From Yuukianura sp. NJ FZ-2021 (lineage: Eukaryota), in the NCBI GenBank assembly GCA_046563655.1, contig CM102286.1, forward strand, positions 8,246,001 through 8,310,000: a stretch of 64,000 bases of DNA. Direction: 5' to 3'. The notes beneath the pieces are model-generated. The model did no database searches. It saw nothing but the letters and a program-made list of their open reading frames with translations, and was not told the origin of the DNA. This document shows positions 55,705-64,000 of the stretch, one piece after another; position 1 is the stretch's first letter, and every line of letters begins with the position of its first letter. The translations under genes were made by a program, and so were the position numbers.

Positions 55705-57519
55705 TGCTGCCAACTTCGAATTCACATATAAAAAACAACATATTTTTAAGTAAAAATTTCCAAGCAAACGGAAAATTATCTGCAAAATAAGTTAACTTGA
55801 AGAGAACAAAATTACTTTCTGAAAATGAACAAAAATTTTCGGTATCAGGCTTTGGTTATCTGCATTGTTAGAAAGAACTCGTTTCAACTTTCAAAAAAAA
55901 TGTCTTTTGGCACGTTCTGGCGTTTATCAATCAAGTAGCAGTTTTAAATACTTCCACCGATAAGAAATTATCCTCAGGGTACCTTTCGTGCGTCCTTGAA
56001 AAAACGAACCTTAAAAAATTATTCTTGCTCTTAAACTTTTTTTTTAAACTTTTCAACATCATGGATCACCCGCTTTTTAAGTGTTTAAGTGCTTAGGAGG
56101 CGTCCTGTGTAGAAAATGTTCATTCATTTTTCATACTACAAACAAAATCTATTGGTATTTAGTTCAAGTAACTTAGTTTGCCTTGGAGAAGACAAATGCC
56201 TCCTAAAGGTATTTGTCATGTAATCATGTTTCAATTCTATAATTGAGAGCGATGAATAAACTTTTAGTTAGTCTGTTAGTAAAAAGATTGAGAACTGAAA
56301 AGTTCATTTCTGAACATCCTGTAATAGTTTTGGTTAGCTTATTTATTAGTTAATTTATTAAAATTTTGTCTTTTCAATAAACTCTAAGTTTTACAATCTT
56401 TACGGAGTGATTACTTATTAGTTAAAAAATTCAACAAAGAAACAGCTACAATGGCGTTTTCTGCAATATCTGTTGCTTTGAAAGTTATAGTTTGTCTCTT
56501 CTTAAAAGGCACTTTTTGTTTTGGTCATTTTTTCTCTTCCATTGCGACGCTTGTGGAAAAACTCGGTTTTTCAAAAATACCTTCTCCAATTAGTTTGTAC
56601 ACAAAATTTCAAAAAATTAAAAATTTCTGTTAACGGTCCATAAGGCGACTGGAATTGTTTTAATATGTGAAAAGTGCCTTCTAAAAAGAGAGTATAATAA
56701 CCATAGGCCGGAAAATTAAGATAAATCTTTTTTAGGACTTTAAAATCTTTAAATTCTTTAAAAACTTTAAAAAATTATAAATTCTTTTTCGAGGATAAAA
56801 TCTTTTAAAAATTAAGATCCATCTTTTTCGGCCAATTTTCTTAAATTTTGTAAGATTTCGACCAAATCCAGTCCAAAACCAATTGTTCTGCAAAAATTTT
56901 TCCACGGTTTTTCATTGATCTTATGAAAACTCAGCCCACGCAAGTTTTTCATGCGTGAAATTGCGTGTTCTGAAGGTTTTTTGCCATCAACACTTCATTT
57001 CTTGCCAATTCTTTTTTCAAATTGCAAAGTTTGACTAAGGAAAACGCATTTTTACCTTGTGATATCAAATGATATTCTATAAATTTCTAGATTTTTGTAA
57101 TTTTCAGAACTTTTTAGGGACTTTTTTGACTAATTTTTAAGAGATTTTAAAGTTCTTAAAGCGGCTTTTTTTGGAACTTTCTTTTCCGGCCTTTGATAAT
57201 AACCAGTGTTGGTGGATGGATAAAATATTTCTTCCACTCCCCTCGAAAGTGGTGAATATATCCGGACTTTTTTTTTTGGTCTCTTCCGGACGAAACTCAA
57301 TTTCATCCATCGGAAACTGGATTTCATCCGGATTTATCCCTTTATCCAGTGGATATATCCTTGACGAAATGCTAAGAAAGTGGATATCCACCAGCACTGA
57401 TAATAACTTTTGCAGGTAGCCCCATATTGCGTCGAATGAATTGCCACGGAACCACTCTGCTACAAACGGTAAATGCCGAAGCAAAAACTGCGCTGAAATG
57501 ATGCAACCGTCTTTCGTTA

Positions 57520-57622
57520 GTCATTTCCCCGGTTTAATATTTAAATGATAGATGACCTTAATTGACCTTTGTCATTTCCCCGGTTTAATATTTAAATGAT
57601 AGATGACCTTAATTGACCTTTG
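57520..57622. repeat. 51-bp tandem duplication
   Basis: GTCATTTCCCCGGTTTAATATTTAAATGATAGATGACCTTAATTGACCTTT x2. Confidence 0.92.
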
Positions 57623-58953
57623 ACCCGAAAGGACAGACTCGCGGTGTTCACAAGTGAAAATAGATCATGCAAATGTTATTCCATTTGAAAAATAATTGCC
57701 TCCATCGGCCAGCCAGATAGACAGACTAACAATATTGATGCATAAATTAGCTTCCGGTAATTAATAGAGAGTGACGTTACTACAAAATTGGACGTTGCTT
57801 TTGCAATAAGAAATGAACTTTTATTTCAAAGTTTAATGAAAGCGATTTGACTGCGCAGGGTCCCAAACAGAGTTTTCTTCAAAGTTGGGTAGTAGATTAA
57901 ATGATGATTGCTTACGGGCTGGCGATCGGCCAAAGCACACTAAACTAGTTTTGTCCGATTGGGTACATTATTGGCTCAAACGTACATAATTTAAACAAAT
58001 AATAGCAACGAAAGAGTCACGAATTGTACTCACATCATATACTGTAAGTCAACAGAAAGCTTATGGGTTAAAAAACTAGTTAGCAAAGTAAATTTAAATA
58101 TTTCATCCTTTGATAGAGTATTCGGAACAAATGATAATATAGCAAATTTTTTTAATTTTTTGTTGCTCAAATATATTATATAATAGATTTATTTATAATA
58201 TAAATTCTGGGAAAACAAATTATGAATTGTTAGTTAAGTATAAGCAGTTCTTGTATCAAACAATTTATATAAACTACATAAGTACTAAAAGCAATAACCA
58301 AGTCGAAGAGTTTGAAAACACTTGGTGCAAAAATAACCTTATCTCTGCATCACCAATTTTGAAAATTAGTTTATAAGTACATTTGTACATTCCTAATTAT
58401 TTTGACAAATAAATAAACCAATTCTTTGGAAAAAAAAGAACAATGAATAAGAATTTCGATATGCAAGTTTGCAGAAAACGAAAAACCTAAATTATGAAAT
58501 TGTAAACACTCAACTGCATTTTCATACCTCATGGCATTTACTAGCCCAACTAAATTTATCACAACAATCACACCTGAAAACCAACAATTTTTAAACTAGT
58601 AGTCAGTATTTTCATACCCATCACCGATAACAGTTAGTTCTGCGGCATAATAATATTATTGTTTTCAAAAGCGTTTATTCCGAAAAACCTGCGCACTTAG
58701 TAGGAGAGTAAATTGAATTGAATTTAAAAATTACTTTGCATGTTGTAGAAAACGAATGAACTTCATTGCAATATATAAAAATATTTCTGGAGCAATCCGC
58801 TTTTGAGTAAATCAATCATTTGAAGCAATTTGTTTCAAAGCAAAGCTAATCATTCGCAGCGTTTCATTCGGAGCAATGTCAATGTACCACGTTTAATTAA
58901 GCACAGTTGTGAATGGTGTCAAAAATATCGGTTGAAACAGTGGGAATGATTTA

Positions 58954-59607
58954 TCGTCTGTTCCAGAATTAACTACGACGCCTCTCTCATTTCGTGTGGA
59001 TAAGAGTGGAGACGCTTCGGATGGAATTTGAGCGGGAGAGGAAGTCATGGAGGGAAAATTTTGGCGGTCGGTTGAACCTGGCAAGTCATTCATTCTTGTT
59101 ACTTGGATTTCAGTTTTAATTGTGACTAGTTTTGATTGTTTTAAAGTTAATTACTGTTAATTATGGTTAGACTTAATACTGAAACAAGAGTATTTGTGGT
59201 CGAAACGTTCATAGAATATCGTGCTAAAGTGAAAACCAAAAATGAGGCTGCCAGGATAGTGGAGGCAGCCTTTTCTAATAAGTTTGGACATGAAGCGAGT
59301 ATTTCTGGAATCCTGAATTTAATTAACTAGTTTAAGGTCACCGGGTCAGTTCATGATAAACCAAGAAGCGGCTAACCTAACCTAAAACTGATCAGGGCAT
59401 GTAAAAATTTGAGTAATAAATAATGGCATAAGAACGTTTTGAAAATTAATCTAATTTAATCGGTTTTAAAGCGAATATTAGACGATAACCATAATGTGGC
59501 GGGCTTTAACGAATTTCCCTCCATGGTGTACCTCTCGAACTCTTCGCCCCGCCCACTTTACTTTCACCTTTCACTTGAGGCGTCGTAGTTAATTCTGGAA
59601 CACACGA
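58954..59607 (+). mobile_element. Internally deleted Tc1/mariner-like transposon
   Basis: 31-bp TIRs (TCGTSTGTTCCAGAATTAACTACGACGCCTC, one mismatch) and TA TSD. 59163-59375 translates as MVRLNTETRVFVVETF…LIN*FKVTGSVHDKPRSG*, a transposase N-terminal HTH remnant. Confidence 0.85.
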
Positions 59608-60053
59608 TAGTTGTTATTTAGTACATACACTTCTGTTTTACATAAGATTGAAGTAAATAAAATAAATTAGAATTACAACTATACTAACTTGTTTAATTGA
59701 AACTGCTCCTACGGTCACCGCTTTCTCCAGGAGATCGTCAAGTACTGTCGTCGGATTCGCTGGTACTCAGGGATTAATAGCGAGTGTTGGCATACAACCC
59801 AACACTATTTTTAGTATCTGTACTAAGAATAGAAATTATAAGTGGCAATATAATCGTTGGACCCCAAATGTGAGGCGGAGGCCTAATAAAAAATTGTATA
59901 AAAATACAAGGAATACATTCACTCTCATATTATAGCACTGCGCCATTTTTCAATACATAAACCACAAAATACTTTTTAATATCGAACTACCTACTAAGCG
60001 TGACACTCAAATTCTCTTAAAGGGCAACGAAAATGTCACATACAAATTGTATA

Positions 60054-60139
60054 CAGAAAATTTAGCAGTGCGGATTTTGTCAGGCGAATTGTATGATACA
60101 CAATTCGCTTGTCAAAATCCCTGCTCTTAAATTTTCTGT
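60054..60139. repeat. Imperfect inverted repeat (hairpin)
   Basis: ACAGAAAATTTA…GGATTTTGTCAGGCGAATTGT / ACAATTCGCTTGTCAAAATCC…TAAATTTTCTGT. Confidence 0.6.
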
Positions 60140-60924
60140 CAAAACAGGTTCCAGAATGGGACTGCGGATTCATTTATTTAAGAGTAGTTAACTTAAGTTT
60201 CCAAAAAAATGTGCAAACCCCATGGGTTTTGCAGACGACGTTTTCTTTCACTCAAAGTGAAACTGGTGTTTACGAATTTCGTATTTTCTTTTTCCTTGAA
60301 CCTGTGCAAGCTTTTATGTGACATATTTTTGTCGAGTTTTAAATTTTAAATCGGATGACTAGATTGAAGCAGAAATTCCAATATTTCTGAAACTTCTTCC
60401 AGAAAGCCTCTGATTACTGGACAAAAGGGTACTATTTTTTAGAGCTGTCTACAGCAATATGTAGCAGCGTCTGTGAGAAGTGTGAGTATTGAACTAATCA
60501 CTCACGAAATATCCCCGAAAACTTCGGGCCGAAGATAGTGACCGAGTGGCCTAAAGGTCATCATCGACTGGTTATGTTCCTGATAACATGGAATGTTTAC
60601 AACCATGTGAATTCGATCCACAATGATAGTAGAACGTTCGACAATGTTGCCCTTTCAGGTCAATTGCCTAATTCATCTTGCACTACTTATGTACATCCCG
60701 ATTACAACCACTTCTTTATTTCTAAACATTGAATTATCAAATCAACAGTGTGTTAAAGTGTGACTGCTGACGCTTAACCCAAACCTTGGCATCGGCTAAG
60801 TCTTCTTCTTCTTCCCCCCCCCCTCTTCCCAAAACACGTTAGGCACCGACTGCCAAACGGGCTGTGGCTGATTTGGGAAGTGGGGCATATACCGTATGCC
60901 CCAACCTTCGTCAAACTGCTGCTA

Positions 60925-61095
60925 AGCCCAATTTATACTTTTCGTTTCCCTGACGTTGCCCAGGAAAAAGTTTGTCGTAGGGCACGATTTTATTAAAATT
61001 TCATTACATTTTTATTTAAAATTTCGTTGTTATTGACGTCTACGACAAACTTTTTCCTGGGCAACGTCAGGGAAACGAAAAGTATAAATTGGGCT
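60925..61095. mobile_element. MITE, PIF/Harbinger-like
   Basis: ~56-bp perfect TIRs (AGCCCAATTTATACTTTTCG…) and 3-bp TSD CTA. Confidence 0.82.
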
Positions 61096-64000
61096 CTAAA
61101 GCGTCACCTATATCTCAATACGTCGAACTTCGCACAATATGGCGTAGAATCGCGTAAAATGACGCTTGTGTCGGGAATCTCAGGAGGGAAAGTTTCGCTG
61201 AGCGAAAAGACTGTGCAAAACGCTGATCCAGACGATCGTCCGGTTCTCAGACCGCAAAGCCATCGTTATCTCCAGACGACAGTCGGGTTCTCAGTTCGCA
61301 AGCCGTCTAAAAACGACGGGTCCTCTCGAGAGGTTTTATTTTTTCAAAAAGAGGTTTGAATAACTGTTTACAGCAAATGTCGAATTATTCATCTGAGGAA
61401 ATAACTAAAGGATTAGCCTGATGCTTATAAAGTTAAAGCTTTTTAAACTGCTTTGTTCTCACAAACCGCACAATATTATTTCTTTTGTATTTGGCATTTG
61501 CTTGTTGAAGGTGGATTAAACGATGAAGGTGATGGCGAGTACCAAGTTTATCACCACTGAAAAGACGTTGAGCATAGTACTGTCCACAGGAAGCCATGAC
61601 CACCACTTGTCCAACAGCCAAATAGTACTCGCAATACCACCACCATGCTTTGTGCTTTCTCGAAATCATGAGTTTACATAACAATATTTTCACCATTTAC
61701 ATATTTACATGGTTAGGCTCATATGTTAGAAATGTCATCACATAAAATCTACGGGCAAATTTCACCTCATCGGTTTACCACTCTCAAAACTTGAAGTGTT
61801 CAAAACCAGTTTTTTCCGTATATTAATTTGTAATTAAATCCAAACAAAGATTAAGAAAACTTCTCCGCTATTTTAAAATTGTTAAATGTTGTAAATTCTA
61901 GCAACCGATGAAAAACTGTTAACTGAAAATGTCAAAATTCAAAATTTGGCACAAGAGAATTACAAACATTGAAAATTATTACGTGTCCAACAGTTTATAA
62001 ATCTCCATCAGCGAATATGAAAAACCGTGAAGAATTTGTTTACGAAATAAGTGCTTGACTAAAAACTTGAAAACCCGTTAAACTGCTCGTCTGGTGGGTT
62101 GGTTTTCAATGGAACAAAAGAATGACGAAGGATGAGGTCGAGAGTCAATAAGTCCATTGTTATGAGATGCAAGTTCAAAATAGGATTTAGAAATACCAAG
62201 GTTTGACTGCACTGTTTACGACTTTGCCGGTTAAACGTTAGTTCTGCCTTACAGAATTCCCAGATTTTTCATTAGTTTTGTTCATTAAGGAACAATGGAT
62301 CTTCAAGATGACATGGAACGAGAGAGGGAAAGAATAACAAAGGGAAGGCGTTACTTTTATGTACACATGTTTTACATCCCTTGACACAAGGACCAACACA
62401 GAGTCAGTCTAAGGACGCAGCAGAAACACTAACCAACAGACGAACTTTCCGTTTTAAAAGGCCCTAAAAAACAAACCTTGGCTTAAACTTTGAACTGTTT
62501 TAGAAAGTATACAGGGAAGTTCATCAGAGGGAAGTCTTAAAAGGGAAGTTGGAAATGAACCGGACGTACAAAGTCCCTATGTTGAAGATGTGCGGAAGTA
62601 GAGATGCGGGTTATACTATTGAAACTGACGGTCCCAAGGCTGGGAGCCATGTGGACGCCTTTGCTTTTCAAATTTTCCCTCTGAATGTGTCTATCATTAT
62701 TAGTTAGGTTTTTGAAAACCAGCTGAACGCGCCTTGATAAACATCAATAAGATACTTGTGGCACGCGTCCCTTCAATAACTCTCTAAAGCCGTTTCGACA
62801 GCGACTACAACTCAGCAGCCGTTGAGACGTTTCAGCTGCCCCGTTGCGTAGCGACTGATCAGTCATCAGCAGTATGCGATCAGAGATTAACAAAACGTAT
62901 TAATTGCTATTAAACGAGCGGTTGTGACGCTTCTAAACGTTAATCTTTCAATGTTTTAACACAAGGTCATTTGAAAGAAAAAATGAGCAATTTTGGAGAA
63001 CATTTTGCATCAGCCAGAGATAAGTACAAATGTCGTTGACTTTGCAAATGTGAAAAACATGCTTTGTTCCAAAAACATAAATCGTAACTAATTACAAAAT
63101 CAAAATCTCCGATAACTACAAATGAACGCTTACAATTTTTGGAAATTGTTTTGACAACCTCGGCAGCGGTTTAGGTTAGTCACCTAATCAGAATCGACCC
63201 AATTTCAATTTGAACAAGAATTCATACAAACCTGAGAACTCAAGGCCGCGTAGGTCAACAATGTTACAACTACTTGGGATTTTTACAACTGAAGTCTCCT
63301 GTATATGTTCCAAAGGGTCCATATCCTTATACATTTGAACAAAGAAGCAAGGGGTCCTAGAAAGTACAGCAAGCCTTAACTCCCGTATTCTGTTTGGGAG
63401 GGAAACTTCAAAATTGAATTCATGGATCTTTTTGGCTTTGCAGGTCCTAAAGACGGTTCCTATTGTACTTGATGCTTGCAGTAAGTCAAACAATCTTCCA
63501 AAGTGTAGACCCGTAAGAAACAGGGAAAAGCTGTTAGTGAAACAATACTCACGTTTTCCTATTTCACATTAGTTTATAATCGAACTTCATCTTCGTGCCA
63601 AAGACGCTTAGGCTCGTTTAGTTACTCCTCCAAATTTAAGTGGCGGTTATTAATGCTTCTTTAACAACCCAATAATTAACTACCAAGTTTCACTCATTCA
63701 TTATCCAAAATTGATAATTTTGGACAAAAAACGTCAAGTTTTTAACACTTAAAAGCGTCGTGCGATACGAAAAGTTTTGTGCAGTTTTGGTTTATTGCAA
63801 AACGATTCTACGAATTTTTTTTTCCGTGTAGTGCACAATTGTTTTGTTGATGCAAAAAGTCACAAGTATGCGTATAACGAAAATGTTGTTTTTCAGTTTC
63901 AAATTTTATGGCCAAAATGGAACTCCATTGTGTTAAGGTCACAGGGGCTATTAAACCGACACGACGGAGTCAAGGCTATTGTCTTGGTGCAAATTGAAAG

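Noticed and set aside
61433..63493. Possible minus-strand exons (61433-61696, 63188-63493)
   Set aside because: Somewhat coding-like composition, but I could not recognise a domain or assemble a splice model.

Overview
Eukaryotic heterochromatin-like DNA, probably from an arthropod (inferred only from the transposon families present). A 223-bp tandem satellite (1-19592, resuming 48744-~53360) is interrupted by a 29.15-kb Russian-doll nest of four elements, each delimited by its own target-site duplication (TSD). The outer, degenerate Gypsy element A (19593-48743, TSD ATAT) contains a nearly intact Gypsy element B (21894-29803, TSD GCAG) and a BEL/Pao element (31410-46352, TSD GATGC). The BEL 3' UTR in turn contains a 7.9-kb, almost fully palindromic Polinton/Maverick-derived element (37652-45569, AG...CT ends, TSD GCCAG). 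Two things stand out. (1) Gypsy B carries, inside its LTRs after pol, a third ORF encoding an Rrp6/EXOSC10-like DEDDy 3'-5' exonuclease with HRDC domain and CCHC knuckle, with the catalytic residues intact. (2) The Polinton-like element is a fold-back with two ~3.8-kb arms, each carrying a zinc-finger/packaging-ATPase gene, an unknown ORF and a structured Pol III-type RNA candidate, but no polymerase, integrase or capsid. The last ~10 kb is AT-rich unique DNA with an EF-hand gene, MITEs and a deleted Tc1/mariner. All alignments and mismatch counts were done by eye; no database searches were run, so novelty is unverified.
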